Source: a virus
Taxonomy: Duplodnaviria; Caudoviricetes
DNA length: 64,000 bases
IMG/VR virus record: IMGVR_UViG_3300043432_000237
Location: 32,001 to 96,000 of that record
Direction: 5' to 3' (one strand)
In this document: positions 1 to 9,884 of the stretch, piece by piece
Layout of the letters: every line of letters starts with the position of its first letter
Numbering within the stretch: the first letter of the stretch is position 1
Made by a program: the position numbers and the translations under genes
Notes under the pieces: model-generated
Seen by the model: the letters and a program-made list of their open reading frames with translations, nothing else
What the model was told of the DNA's origin: nothing
The model's database searches: none

Positions 1-222
1 TTCGAGCAAGCCGAGTCGGTCGACGAGGTCGCGCAGAGCTTCATCCAGCAGCTCGGTGCGCCCACGATCGGTCAGGTCGTGGCGAACATCAGCGCCGAGC
101 AGGTCATCGCGACCGTGCAGGCGCAACCCGACGGCGCCACCAGTCCGCTCGTGCGGCGAGAAGGGCAGAAGTTCGTTCGGGCGCTGTGGGAAAGCCTCAA
201 GCAGCGCGTGGGCATGGGCTGA
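1..222 (+). CDS. C-terminal part of a helical hypothetical protein (truncated by window start)
   Basis: Open frame 1 FEQAESVDEVAQ...SLKQRVGMG*, followed by SD AAGGAG and next ATG at 242. Confidence 0.7.
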   Translation, partial: FEQAESVDEVAQSFIQQLGAPTIGQVVANISAEQVIATVQAQPDGATSPLVRREGQKFVRALWESLKQRVGMG

Positions 223-241
223 TCAACAAGGAGCGAAAGAC

Positions 242-715
242 ATGGAACAGCAACTGCATCTGGATCAACTCGCCGGCTACCTCACGCGCACCGACGCGCT
301 GCTACAGCTGACGAAGCAGCAAGCGACTTCTCTGTCTCCCGAGACGCAGGCCGCGCTGGCTGCGCTGGAGGCCGAGCGTGCAGCGTGGCCGGAGTGGGAC
401 ATCGGGTCGATGACGTGCAATACCGGAGCGCAGAAGCAGCTGCCCTGGGCGCTGCCCGCAACGGTGGAGGTTTCGGCTCCCACCGACAAACCCTTCCTGG
501 TGAGCGAGGTGGACTTCGGTAATGCACCGGTCAACGTGGACGTGCGCGCCCCGGGTCAGCTCAAAGCGTTTGCCACGGGCTCGGGCGTAATCAGTTGCTG
601 GTGCGTGTTGCCCCCAGGCGAGAAGCTCACGCTGAGGATCACGCCCCAGGTGCCGGGGGCTCAGCTCACGAGTCTGCCCGTCGTGAAAGGCTACCCTCTC
701 GGCCGCGCCGAGTAG
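242..715 (+). CDS. Coiled-coil plus beta-sandwich protein, candidate minor jelly-roll structural protein
   Basis: SD AAGGAG before ATG 242; helical N-terminus then beta-rich end VLPPGEKLTLRIT...VVKGYPL resembling 15415 and 35209 ORFs. Confidence 0.55.
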   Translation: MEQQLHLDQLAGYLTRTDALLQLTKQQATSLSPETQAALAALEAERAAWPEWDIGSMTCNTGAQKQLPWALPATVEVSAPTDKPFLVSEVDFGNAPVNVDVRAPGQLKAFATGSGVISCWCVLPPGEKLTLRITPQVPGAQLTSLPVVKGYPLGRAE

Positions 716-767
716 CACGTGTCCGAAAGTTTGGGTGGCAGAATGATGCCAGGTAACCTCCTGGGTC

Positions 768-1382
768 ATGTCGGCAGTTGGCCTGCGTAGGCTCTCACCC
801 GTCCTCACGCTCCTGAACACTCCAGGTTTCGATCTGGAGGGCATCAACACTCATGAGCTGCCGGACGGAGCGATTTGCTACTGCGCAGAAACGAAGTGCG
901 ACTTTCAGCTCGACCTGACGTCCACGGCTGCAGCAGTGGTGGGTGCGGTCGTTGTGCCGCTGTCCGGACCTGGACGCTGGAAGTCTGCAGCGCCTTCGGT
1001 GCAAGGCAGCTCGACCGTGTTCCGGCGCTCGGACTTCACTCCGCTGACGACGCCGAGCAATGTCCAGGCCACGCTGTTCTCCTTTGCCCTGGATGCCTAC
1101 CAGGACGGCACATACGACCTGGGCATCCTGGTGCAGCTGCGCAACGAGGCAACGGGTGACACGGCATCCTACCGGCGCGTGGCAACCTTCAAGGTCGTCG
1201 CAGGCGTGGTGACGCAAGTGTCGACCACCGACGCGACGTACGACAAGGTGGACGCAGCGCTGGCCGCGTGCGTGGTGACCATCGACACGAGCGGCGGCGA
1301 CGCGCGTGTGCAGGTGACCGGCTTGCTCGCGACGCCGCTGACCTGGACAGGTGGGTACGAAAGCGCGCTGACGCTCTACTAG
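768..1382 (+). CDS. Putative spike/fibre protein with shared N-terminal domain
   Basis: N-terminal ~70 aa (GLRRLSP...ELPDGAIC.C.ET.CD.QL...GPGRW) closely similar to ORF 19522; Thr/Val beta-rich C-terminus. Confidence 0.6.
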   Translation: MSAVGLRRLSPVLTLLNTPGFDLEGINTHELPDGAICYCAETKCDFQLDLTSTAAAVVGAVVVPLSGPGRWKSAAPSVQGSSTVFRRSDFTPLTTPSNVQATLFSFALDAYQDGTYDLGILVQLRNEATGDTASYRRVATFKVVAGVVTQVSTTDATYDKVDAALAACVVTIDTSGGDARVQVTGLLATPLTWTGGYESALTLY

Positions 1383-1392
1383 CCAGGTTCAC

Positions 1393-2694
1393 ATGCTGAG
1401 GATGTTCAACAACCTGGGCTGGTCTCCGACAGACGTCGCTGACCTCGTCTTTTGGGGTGACGCCTCCAAGGAGCTGCCCGGAGCAAGCGTGCTCTTCACA
1501 GACCGAAGCGGCAGTGGCAACCATGCTGTGGGTACCGGGACCGTGGGCACAACCGTGCAAAACGGTCTGCGCACGATGCGGTTCAACGGCACCACGGATA
1601 AGTTCGCCACACCCAACGTCGACTGGACCGCGGTCAACGCCTTCACGATCTGCACGGTGTTCAAGTCGAACAGTGTCGCCGTGGACCAAGCCATTTGCAC
1701 GAAGGGCTACAGCGGATACCCGTTTGCGTCAGAGGGGACGATGTTTTACATCGACACCTCTGTGTCTGCCGAGGTGAAGGGGGCGCAGTACAGCGCCGGC
1801 AACAACTTCAACGTCAAGGATCTGGACGCGGACAACGGACAGAGTTTTGCTGTGCGCTCGCAGCGCGTAAATCGAGCGTTGGCCGCAGCGTACCAGCAGA
1901 GCTTCACGCGCGATGGTGGCATCTGTTACGACCCGGTCACCTTTGGTGGCACCGCTGCGGCAGCCGGCCTCGGGAACAGCCCGATCTACATCGGCGTGCA
2001 CGGCAACGGGACCAACATCCCGCTCTCGGGAGACATCGCAGAGATCCTGATCTTCTCGCGTCGTCTGACCGACGACGAGCTGCGTCGGGTCGAAATGTAC
2101 TTGGGCATCAAGTGGGCGTTGCCGTACCGCTCCATCTATCCGCTCGGCAACTCCATCACGTACGGAGACGTGAACGACGGGTGGCGAGGCCCACTGATGG
2201 ACTCGAACCTGATCACGCTGGTCTCGCGAGGAAATCTCCTCGCCCCGGGCGTCTACCATCACGAAGGACACCCGGGTGCGGCGATTGCGTTCATCGACGC
2301 CAACATCACTGGCTACTGGAACTCTGCCCGAGGCAGAGAAATCCTGCTGACCATCGGCACCAATGACGCGCTTACTCCTGGTTTGCGCGCTGGCATGCTG
2401 GCTGCCTACGACACGCTGCTCAACACGATCGACGCGCTCTCGCCTGCGCCGTCGATCGTCTGGTGCGCGACGCTCACGCCCCTGGGTGACGCGCCGAGCG
2501 ACGCTGCGGTCAACACCTTCAATGCGGGTCTGCCAGCGGTGGTCGCCGGACACCCCAAGGCTCGCTACGTGGACGTAGGCTCGTGTCTGACCGTGGCTGA
2601 CCTGGCGGACTTCATCCACCCGACGCCTGCCGGATTCTTGAAGATGGGCCAGCGTTGGGCCAACGTCCTGAACGGCCTGGTCATCCCGCCCTGA
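1393..2694 (+). CDS. LamG/ConA-like lectin domain fused to SGNH/GDSL esterase
   Basis: LamG-type ending IYIG...LSGDIAEILIFSRRLTDDELRRVEMYLGIKW; SGNH blocks PLGNSITYG, IGTND, DFIHP. Confidence 0.8.
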   Translation: MLRMFNNLGWSPTDVADLVFWGDASKELPGASVLFTDRSGSGNHAVGTGTVGTTVQNGLRTMRFNGTTDKFATPNVDWTAVNAFTICTVFKSNSVAVDQAICTKGYSGYPFASEGTMFYIDTSVSAEVKGAQYSAGNNFNVKDLDADNGQSFAVRSQRVNRALAAAYQQSFTRDGGICYDPVTFGGTAAAAGLGNSPIYIGVHGNGTNIPLSGDIAEILIFSRRLTDDELRRVEMYLGIKWALPYRSIYPLGNSITYGDVNDGWRGPLMDSNLITLVSRGNLLAPGVYHHEGHPGAAIAFIDANITGYWNSARGREILLTIGTNDALTPGLRAGMLAAYDTLLNTIDALSPAPSIVWCATLTPLGDAPSDAAVNTFNAGLPAVVAGHPKARYVDVGSCLTVADLADFIHPTPAGFLKMGQRWANVLNGLVIPP

Positions 2695-2753
2695 GCGCTC
2701 ACGTGTCCGAAAACTTGAGGCGGCTGGCGCAGGACCCGTACAGTGCCAGGTGA

Positions 2754-3287
2754 ATGCAAAACCGCCTGGAGCTGTCGCCGCCAACCGTGACGCGCCCCTT
2801 CCGCGGGCCCGAGGACACCGTGCGCGAAATGGTGCGCGCGGTGCTGGGGCCGCGAGGCGAGCGCTCGATGCTGGTGCGCACGATGACCGAGCAGTGCGTG
2901 CACCTGCTGCAGGACAAGGACTACCAGAGCGAGCTAATCGCCATCCGCAACTTCGTCGCCACCAAGGGTCGTTACACCAACGACTCACTGGGCGTCGAGG
3001 TGGTGAAGGATCCGCAGCGCCAGGTGGAAGAGATCCTGGCCCGCGGTGTGACCGTCGGCGACTGCGACGACTGCGCCACGCTGATTGCCACCATGTGCCG
3101 CCAGGTGGGCCGCGAGGCCGAGTTCGTGACGGTGGGCTTCGGCTCCCCGAACACCTACTCGCACGTGTTCACGCGCGTGCGCGAGCCCAAGAGCAAACAG
3201 TGGATCGTGCTGGACACGGTGGCGGGTAGCGACGAAGCCAAGATGCTCCGTCGGGTGACGACCTGGCGAGCATGGAGGATTGACTGA
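2754..3287 (+). CDS. Transglutaminase-like cysteine enzyme (candidate maturation protease)
   Basis: GDCDDCA (Cys), YSHVF (His), WIVLD (Asp) in transglutaminase-core order and spacing. Confidence 0.8.
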   Translation: MQNRLELSPPTVTRPFRGPEDTVREMVRAVLGPRGERSMLVRTMTEQCVHLLQDKDYQSELIAIRNFVATKGRYTNDSLGVEVVKDPQRQVEEILARGVTVGDCDDCATLIATMCRQVGREAEFVTVGFGSPNTYSHVFTRVREPKSKQWIVLDTVAGSDEAKMLRRVTTWRAWRID

Positions 3288-4051
3288 TGAGCTACGTTGC
3301 TGTCGGAGCCCTTACGCGCGTGTCCACCATCAACGCCCCCGCGGTACCGGTCTCGAACCCGTCGGCTGGGCAGGCCAGTAGTTTCAAGACGCGCATGACG
3401 ACGTACAGCGCACCGCCGCCGCCGCCCGCTGCCGCCCCGACCAACCAGGTCGAGTTCGGCGTGCCCATGCAGAAGACGGTGCAAGCCCCCCAGGCCACGG
3501 TGCAACAGGTAGTGCCAGTGCCCCAGGCCGTGTTGCAGCAGGCGGTTCCGGTCGCGGAAGCCTCGGTGCAAAAGGTGCCTAGTCTGCCCGTGCAGCCCAC
3601 GGTTACGCCGCCGCCCTCCAGCTGGTCGCCGCTCCAGGCGCCCGTCAAAGTCGAGGTGCCCGCGCCCGCGCCCAAGTTGTCCCCCATCAGCTTGGGCTTG
3701 CAGTACGCGCTCATTCCGCCGCCGGCCGCGCCGGCCGCGCCGGCCGCGCCGCGGGCTGCTCGTCGGCCAGCTCCGGCTCCGGCTGCGCGCCCGAGCGCAG
3801 GCAGCTGGCTGAGCCGCCCGGCCGCGCCGCTGGTGCCGCCGGCCGTGATGAGCTACCTGCCGGGCGCCAGCTGGTCAGCGGCGCCGGCTCCCGTCATCAC
3901 CAACACGCAACAGGTGACGCTGCCGCCGTCGGTGCGCGAGCCATCCGAGGCTCCTGCTGGCATGAGCAAGCGTGACTGGATGATCGCGGGGTTGATCGGA
4001 CTCGTCGCAGTGGGTGCGGCGGCCGTGTACGTGAAGCAGAAGAAAGGCTGA
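3287..4051 (+). CDS. Pro/Ala-rich tail-anchored membrane protein
   Basis: Low-complexity stalk, C-terminal TM WMIAGLIGLVAVGAAAVYV plus KQKKG. Confidence 0.75.
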   Translation: MSYVAVGALTRVSTINAPAVPVSNPSAGQASSFKTRMTTYSAPPPPPAAAPTNQVEFGVPMQKTVQAPQATVQQVVPVPQAVLQQAVPVAEASVQKVPSLPVQPTVTPPPSSWSPLQAPVKVEVPAPAPKLSPISLGLQYALIPPPAAPAAPAAPRAARRPAPAPAARPSAGSWLSRPAAPLVPPAVMSYLPGASWSAAPAPVITNTQQVTLPPSVREPSEAPAGMSKRDWMIAGLIGLVAVGAAAVYVKQKKG

Positions 4052-4056
4052 GAGCA

Positions 4057-4491
4057 ATGTTGGGTCAGACAGGTTTCATGGTTCCGGGGCCGACGGCCTA
4101 CAGTCCGCCGCGCGGATTCCCCACGTGCGTGCCGGCCGATCGCAAGGCGCTCGCCGAGTACGCCTGCAAGCGCTACCAGACCGTCAAGGGACTGGGCACG
4201 GTGGCCGATCCGTACGCGGTGGCCCCCGCCTGCTACGTCGCGGCCATGCCGACCTGTGCGCCGACGCTGGTGCGCAGCTCGTTCCCGACGGCGCAGCTCA
4301 GCACGTCCGTCCTGAACGCCCTGCGGACGCCACCCGTCCTGAACACCGAGCCGCAGCCCATTCCGCCGCCCCCGGCGCCCGCTCCGTCGAGCAACAAGGC
4401 GCTGGTCGTCGGTGGCATTCTGGCCGCCGCGCTGGTCGTCGGCGGTGGCTACCTGGTCTACAAGTCCAGGAAGAAAACCGCAGCCGCCTGA
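4057..4491 (+). CDS. Tail-anchored membrane protein
   Basis: 4 Cys, KGLGT motif, C-terminal TM plus KSRKK. Confidence 0.75.
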   Translation: MLGQTGFMVPGPTAYSPPRGFPTCVPADRKALAEYACKRYQTVKGLGTVADPYAVAPACYVAAMPTCAPTLVRSSFPTAQLSTSVLNALRTPPVLNTEPQPIPPPPAPAPSSNKALVVGGILAAALVVGGGYLVYKSRKKTAAA

Positions 4492-4543
4492 CTTTTTGGG
4501 TCACCCGACCCAGAGTGATAGGCTGCACGAGACAGGAGACAGA

Positions 4544-5194
4544 ATGACGGCTTTCCCCAATCAGCCCATCGGTGGCCGGCTCCCGACGATGTGGGAGGTC
4601 GGCCCGAGCGACTTGCGCTACTCGTCGAGCACTGCGCCGGCCATGCAGACCCAGATCGATCGGGCGCACGGGCGTCATCTCGCCGGGACCGACGACCAGG
4701 TCCAGGACGAGGCCGCCGATCAAGGCATGGCCAAGAACGAGCTGGACTACTACGCGCAGATGGACGACGTCCAGGGCGCGGGCGTGTTCGATCCGCCGGG
4801 TAGTCATGGCAACATCCACCCCGACGCCGGGATCTTCACGGCGCGGTTCGACGTGCCGGGCTACCTCGCCCGCGAGCGCTTCAACCGCCCGAGCGAAGTC
4901 ATCGACGCCACCACGGGCCGCCCGACGATCTACGTCAACGGCGGCGCCGTGGCGATGGACGACAGCGCGCGCGTGGCGTTCATCGAGAACGATCAGTACC
5001 AGACGCCGCAGCCGGTACTGGACTCGCTGGCCGAGCACCGCATGCCGGGCCGCTCGACCGTCAACGTCCAGCAGAACCCGCAAGCCATCGGCGCCGTCTC
5101 GCAGCCGATGAGCGGGATCAAGCTGTTCGCGATCACGGCCGCTGTCGGCCTGGCCGCGGGCGCCGCCTACGCGGCGTTCCGCAAGAAGAAGTGA
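4544..5194 (+). CDS. Tail-anchored membrane protein
   Basis: SD AGGAG before ATG 4544; C-terminal TM plus RKKK. Confidence 0.75.
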   Translation: MTAFPNQPIGGRLPTMWEVGPSDLRYSSSTAPAMQTQIDRAHGRHLAGTDDQVQDEAADQGMAKNELDYYAQMDDVQGAGVFDPPGSHGNIHPDAGIFTARFDVPGYLARERFNRPSEVIDATTGRPTIYVNGGAVAMDDSARVAFIENDQYQTPQPVLDSLAEHRMPGRSTVNVQQNPQAIGAVSQPMSGIKLFAITAAVGLAAGAAYAAFRKKK

Positions 5195-5200
5195 GCGCCA

Positions 5201-5479
5201 ATGGACTGGGAGCAGGCAGCAGCTGGGACCGGGGACTATCACAGCTACCCGATCACGCCGGGCGTGGGCGACGTCTACAGTGACGCCGCGGTCAGCCAGG
5301 CGCGCGCCATTTGGGGTGCGCTCAGCGTCGCGGGCGCTGCTGCCAGTGCCTACCACGGCTACAAGCGCACGCAGAGCGTCGGCTGGGCGTTCGTGTGGGC
5401 GCTGTGCGGCTCGATCGCTCCGGTCGTCACCGTGCCCGTGGCCATCGCGCAGGGATTCGGCAAGCCGAAGCGAGGGTGA
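5201..5479 (+). CDS. Small two-TM membrane protein
   Basis: Two hydrophobic helices around AYHGYKR; ends GFGKPKRG. Confidence 0.7.
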   Translation: MDWEQAAAGTGDYHSYPITPGVGDVYSDAAVSQARAIWGALSVAGAAASAYHGYKRTQSVGWAFVWALCGSIAPVVTVPVAIAQGFGKPKRG

Positions 5480-5485
5480 GCGGAG

Positions 5486-6937
5486 ATGGCGTTCTATCGG
5501 GTGCTGGTGGCAGAAAACGGTCGCATGCGCGAAGCAGGCGAGGTGCGCCTTGTGGAGCGTGCCAGCAACGCCGAGCTGGAGCGCGTGCTCGCCGACATAT
5601 CAGTCTTCGCGCCCCGGGGACAAGACCGAGTGAAGTGGACCGCAGAGGGCGCCACCATCACGGATGCGCACGGCGACCTGGTGGTACTGAAGAAGGTGGA
5701 GCGCATGAAGGCCAATGCAATGCGGATCCGTAAAGACTGTGCGCACTGTGGTCACCACATGTCGGCGCACCGGTACGACCCGGCAGTGCGCGGCGGTCCG
5801 CAACGCTGCTCTGTGCATGGGTGCCGCTGCACGGTGTTCGAGCGCGCAGCGAAGGGCGCGAGGAAAGTGAAGTTGGAGGCCAACGTGCGCAAGCAGCACT
5901 TTGCTGGGTACGACTTTTCCTCGGGTCCCGAAGGAACGGTAGTGCATCGTCCGCATGCGTCAGAGCTGCGCAGCGGCGATCGGGTCAAGTACAAGGACGT
6001 GAACCTGACCGACCAGGGCACAGTCGTATCGGCATCCGGTAAGTGGGCAGAGGTGCGTTGGGACCGATACCCGAACACTGCCACCAGAGAGTGGGCAGAC
6101 AATCTGAAAGTAGTGTCTCAGATGAACCGAAACTCACGTCACGCTCAGCTCGACTCGCGCACGCGCGAGATCGCCGAGACCGCTCCCATCCTGAACGACG
6201 GCGAGTTCGACTGGAAGGGCGAGGAGGGGCTGCTGCGCATCTGGATGGGCCAGCACGCTCCGACCTTCCTGTACTACTTCGGCAGCAGCGTCGAGGACGC
6301 TTTCGAGGAAGCGGTCGAATGGGCCGATGACCACGCTCCGGGCTTGCTGTTTATGCTGGGGCTCGAAGAGTACAAAGGAGCGGCCGAGGACGAGGGCATC
6401 GAGTGGAACGACGCCTGGCCGGACTTCGAGGACCCGGACTTCCAGCGAGTGGTCGATGCTGCCGAAGCAGACATGACTATCATCGGGCACACCACGCTCA
6501 AGAACGGCAATGCGGTACCAAGCTGGGAGTGGGGAGTCGACGAGATCCACGGCGAGGAGCGCGAGATCGTGACCGCGCGCGCCGCGCCGTACACGTACCG
6601 CATGACCTACGAGATCGTGACCCCGGAGAGCGCCGAAGATGGTGACGCCGCGGAGCGTGGGTGGGAAGTCGAGGAGCCCGCCGGACCCTTCTCACTCGAA
6701 GACCTCGTGCGGGAGGTCAACGATCACACCTGGGTCGAGTGGTCGAACAGCAACCCCACGGGCCAACGGGGCGAGTGGCTGATCAGCGAAGCGGAGCAGA
6801 ACTACTCCACCGGCGAAGACACCAGCTACCACCTGTTCATCGAACGGGTGGACGGGAAGCCGCTTTCCACGGCAGAGATCAAGGACATCAGCAAGGCGCT
6901 CGGTGTCTCGACGTTCGGCATGATGTTTCGGACCTGA
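5486..6937 (+). CDS. Multidomain polyprotein-like protein
   Basis: Unrelated-looking segments (Cys/His Zn-finger, SH3-like barrel, acidic domains) separated by MKAN, LEAN, MNRN. Confidence 0.7.
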   Translation: MAFYRVLVAENGRMREAGEVRLVERASNAELERVLADISVFAPRGQDRVKWTAEGATITDAHGDLVVLKKVERMKANAMRIRKDCAHCGHHMSAHRYDPAVRGGPQRCSVHGCRCTVFERAAKGARKVKLEANVRKQHFAGYDFSSGPEGTVVHRPHASELRSGDRVKYKDVNLTDQGTVVSASGKWAEVRWDRYPNTATREWADNLKVVSQMNRNSRHAQLDSRTREIAETAPILNDGEFDWKGEEGLLRIWMGQHAPTFLYYFGSSVEDAFEEAVEWADDHAPGLLFMLGLEEYKGAAEDEGIEWNDAWPDFEDPDFQRVVDAAEADMTIIGHTTLKNGNAVPSWEWGVDEIHGEEREIVTARAAPYTYRMTYEIVTPESAEDGDAAERGWEVEEPAGPFSLEDLVREVNDHTWVEWSNSNPTGQRGEWLISEAEQNYSTGEDTSYHLFIERVDGKPLSTAEIKDISKALGVSTFGMMFRT

Positions 6938-6940
6938 GGA

Positions 6941-7546
6941 ATGACTATGCAGATGCCCGGCTACCCTCCTGGAGTTCCCAACCCGCTCGTGCGGCACGTG
7001 CACCCGTACCCCACGCGCTTCCATGGCACGATCTACACGCGCCCGGTGTTCGGGCTGCCGTACGTGCTCAGCCCGGGCAACGTCGCCATGCCGGGTGAGA
7101 TCGCCGGCCTGGGCGACTACAACGTGGGCCAGGGCGTGTTCCGCCCGGGCGGCTACGGCGGCGGCGTGTTCGACGGCAACCTCGCGGGACTCGGAGCCAC
7201 GGATCCGGTGGCGGCGGCCCAGACCAACCTCACCCAGCTGCAAGCCACCATTTCGGCGCTGGCGTCCCAGATGGCGTCGGTGACGCCCAACCAGGCCGCT
7301 CTGCTGGCAGAGCAGATCGCTGCGCTGCAGAAGCAGGAGACCGCGCTCAAGGCGGAGATCAAGAAGCTGCAGAGCGTGCCGAAGGTGCCCGTGTCGTTCT
7401 CGCCTCCAGTGGCCGCTCCGCCGGTGCAGACGGCGCCAGTCGAGTCGCTGATGGTGCCCAGCGACAACAAGTGGGTCATGTTCGTGGTGGGTGGCGGAAT
7501 CGCCATCGGTGCGCTGATCTACCTCAAGAAGAAGAAGAAGATCTGA
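6941..7546 (+). CDS. Tail-anchored coiled-coil membrane protein
   Basis: AGLGDY and AGLGAT motifs, coiled coil, TM plus KKKKKI. Confidence 0.75.
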   Translation: MTMQMPGYPPGVPNPLVRHVHPYPTRFHGTIYTRPVFGLPYVLSPGNVAMPGEIAGLGDYNVGQGVFRPGGYGGGVFDGNLAGLGATDPVAAAQTNLTQLQATISALASQMASVTPNQAALLAEQIAALQKQETALKAEIKKLQSVPKVPVSFSPPVAAPPVQTAPVESLMVPSDNKWVMFVVGGGIAIGALIYLKKKKKI

Positions 7547-7980
7547 TGTACGTCTCGCTCGGAGCCGAGCTGCAGCACTTGCCACTGCCGGGACTCTCCA
7601 GCGGTGGCTCGTGCAGTATGGCGTCCAACGCCTACAGCGTGTTGACCGGTCGCGTGCAGGATGCCTTGGCCGAAGAAGGCGCCTCGCTGATCTCGGACGG
7701 CATCTGGAGCAAGCGCACCTGTGCGGGCTGGTGGCTGGTGATGGAAGAGGCGCCGACCGAGTCGGGCGTGCGCGAGCTGCTGGGCGACTACGTCCCGACG
7801 CAGTGCAAGTCCATCAGCGTGCCCGCCTGCCCGCGCCCGAGCGCGGCCGAGCTGGCGGCGGTCAAGGTCGCCAAGCCGGGCTGGCAGGCCGACATCGGCG
7901 GCAAGCCCTGGAACCTGTGGCTGGTGGGCGGCGTGGTCGCCGTGGCCGCTGCCTTGGCCTACACGCGCCGCAACAAGTAG
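7546..7980 (+). CDS. Tail-anchored Cys-containing membrane protein
   Basis: Start coupled to upstream stop (TGATG); VSLGA near N-terminus; TM plus RRNK. Confidence 0.7.
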   Translation: MYVSLGAELQHLPLPGLSSGGSCSMASNAYSVLTGRVQDALAEEGASLISDGIWSKRTCAGWWLVMEEAPTESGVRELLGDYVPTQCKSISVPACPRPSAAELAAVKVAKPGWQADIGGKPWNLWLVGGVVAVAAALAYTRRNK

Positions 7981-8029
7981 CGGTCGGGATTTTTGCAGCC
8001 GTTGGCTGCCCCGTGATGTACTCGGCCTC

Positions 8030-8671
8030 ATGAGTTTCGGAATTCTCGGAGGTCTGGGAGCAACGGGACTGGGGTCAGCTCCATACCCGGTGTGCTCCTA
8101 CTTCGGCTACGAGTGTCAGCACTGGAACGAGTACCCGCCGGACATTCAGAGCCAGATCATCGCCGCGGCGAAGCAGATCGACGCGAACCTGCAGGCGCAG
8201 TACGCGACCATCCGCAACGACGGCGGCTGCGACGCCAACGTCTCGGGTCGTCTGGCTGGCGCGCTCAAGGAGAAGCTGATCAAGTCCGGTGGTGATCCGG
8301 CCAAGATGAGCGCGGACGACTCCAGCTTCGGCCCCAAGGAGTGCGCCGAGTGGTGGAGGATCTACGACCGCGGCGTGACCATGGACGACGTGCTGGCGGT
8401 CAGCACGGCCGTGCTGGGCGGCGTGAAGGCGTCGGTCCAGACGATCTGCCAAAACAAGATCACGCTGCCGACCTGCGTGAAGCCGCCGCCGCCGCCGCCC
8501 CCCGGCGGTGGCAGCAGCAGCGGTGGCGGTGGTGGCGGAGTGATCCTGCCGCTGCCCATGCCGGCCAAGCCCAAGGTCAGCTACGCCAACCTGCTGGTGA
8601 CGGGCGGCGTGGTTGCCGCCGTCAGCGTGACGGGCTACTTCGTGGCGAAGAAGAAAGGCTGGCTCAAGTGA
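8030..8671 (+). CDS. Tail-anchored Cys-rich membrane protein
   Basis: GGLGATGLGS leader, 6 Cys, Pro/Gly linker, TM plus KKKGWLK. Confidence 0.75.
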   Translation: MSFGILGGLGATGLGSAPYPVCSYFGYECQHWNEYPPDIQSQIIAAAKQIDANLQAQYATIRNDGGCDANVSGRLAGALKEKLIKSGGDPAKMSADDSSFGPKECAEWWRIYDRGVTMDDVLAVSTAVLGGVKASVQTICQNKITLPTCVKPPPPPPPGGGSSSGGGGGGVILPLPMPAKPKVSYANLLVTGGVVAAVSVTGYFVAKKKGWLK

Positions 8672-9039
8672 AGCGAGTCAACGTGGACGTGAGCAACTTT
8701 CGCGGCCCGCTCGATCCGGTGCCGTTCGCGGGGCTGGGTGCAGCGGCGCCCGGCTGGCCGGGTGGGCGCTCCTACTGGAACGTCTCGAACTTTCGCGCTC
8801 CCTACGACACCGGCCGGTTCAACGCGAGCCTGATGGGCCTGGGCGCGACGCAGGTGGCCGTGCCGCCGAGCGCGCTCTTGCCACCGCGCTTCCAGGAGTA
8901 CCTCGCCACGGGCGCCCCGATGCGCTCGGTCGTGGGCGCCGTGCAGCCCGCGCTCTGCCAGATCCCGCGCTGGGCCTGGGCGCTGATTGCCGCAGGCGCC
9001 GGCTACGCCGCCTATCGGGCGTTCAAGCCCAAGACCTGA
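8668..9039 (+). CDS. Tail-anchored protein with duplicated VSNFR.P.D...GLGA unit
   Basis: GTGA overlap start; DVSNFRGPLD..AGLGA and NVSNFRAPYD..MGLGA; C-terminal TM. Confidence 0.7.
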   Translation: MKRVNVDVSNFRGPLDPVPFAGLGAAAPGWPGGRSYWNVSNFRAPYDTGRFNASLMGLGATQVAVPPSALLPPRFQEYLATGAPMRSVVGAVQPALCQIPRWAWALIAAGAGYAAYRAFKPKT

Positions 9040-9049
9040 GAGAGCGACC

Positions 9050-9871
9050 ATGGGAAGCCTACAGGCACTTGCGTCCAAGTTCGTGATGGATCCGCCGCCG
9101 GATGACCCGGCAGGTCGGCTGCAGTTCCTTGCTCAGCATCTGCAGTACGTCGAGCAGATCATCGCGAAGCTGCCGCTGCCCGGCTACATCGCGGAGGATC
9201 AGGCGCTCCGCGACATGAACTCCGTGCGCGATCTGCTGGACAAGCTCAAGGACGTGACGGTGTCCACGGCTTTCCAGCTGCCCGGCGACGTGATGCGCAA
9301 CGTGATCCTGGGTCTCTGGCACGTCTGCAACTACGGCGTGAAGGTGCACTCTCCGGAGTGGCGCCAGCTGGCGCTGACCAACAAGGTCATGACGGCCGCC
9401 GAGCTGGAGCAGGACTACCTGGCGCGCCTGGGTGTGATGCAGGTGATCATCCGCATCCAGCAGTCGGGCGCGCTCAATCCGCTGTTCGCGAAGAAGGGTT
9501 CGATCACCTCGCTGGGTGAGCCCATCACGACCATCGCCATCGTCGCCATCGTCGCCACCGCCGTGGTGCTCGTCGCGCTGGGCTACGCGCTGATGCAGTG
9601 GACGGTGCTGTCCCTGAACAACAAGAAGATCCTGGACCGCCTGGACAAGATCTGTTTTGACTCGCAGGGGCGACCCATCGAGGCTGTCAAGGCCGACTGC
9701 GTGAAGGCCTACCAGGATGCCAACGACAAGCTCAACACGCAGGGCCCCAAGAACCCGATCGAAGACCTGGTGAAGTACGCGGCCATCGGTGGCGCCGTGT
9801 ACCTGGGCGTGCTGTTCCTGCCTGACATCGTGCGCACGCTGCGCGAGACCCGCGCTGCGTCCAAAGCCTGA
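9050..9871 (+). CDS. Two-TM membrane protein
   Basis: TSLGE immediately before first TM; second TM near C-terminus. Confidence 0.7.
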   Translation: MGSLQALASKFVMDPPPDDPAGRLQFLAQHLQYVEQIIAKLPLPGYIAEDQALRDMNSVRDLLDKLKDVTVSTAFQLPGDVMRNVILGLWHVCNYGVKVHSPEWRQLALTNKVMTAAELEQDYLARLGVMQVIIRIQQSGALNPLFAKKGSITSLGEPITTIAIVAIVATAVVLVALGYALMQWTVLSLNNKKILDRLDKICFDSQGRPIEAVKADCVKAYQDANDKLNTQGPKNPIEDLVKYAAIGGAVYLGVLFLPDIVRTLRETRAASKA

Positions 9872-9884
9872 GGAGCATCCAGTC

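Noticed and set aside
3719-3750. GCCGGCCGC x3 microrepeat as a phase-variation tract
   Set aside because: The 9-bp unit preserves frame and encodes a PAA linker.
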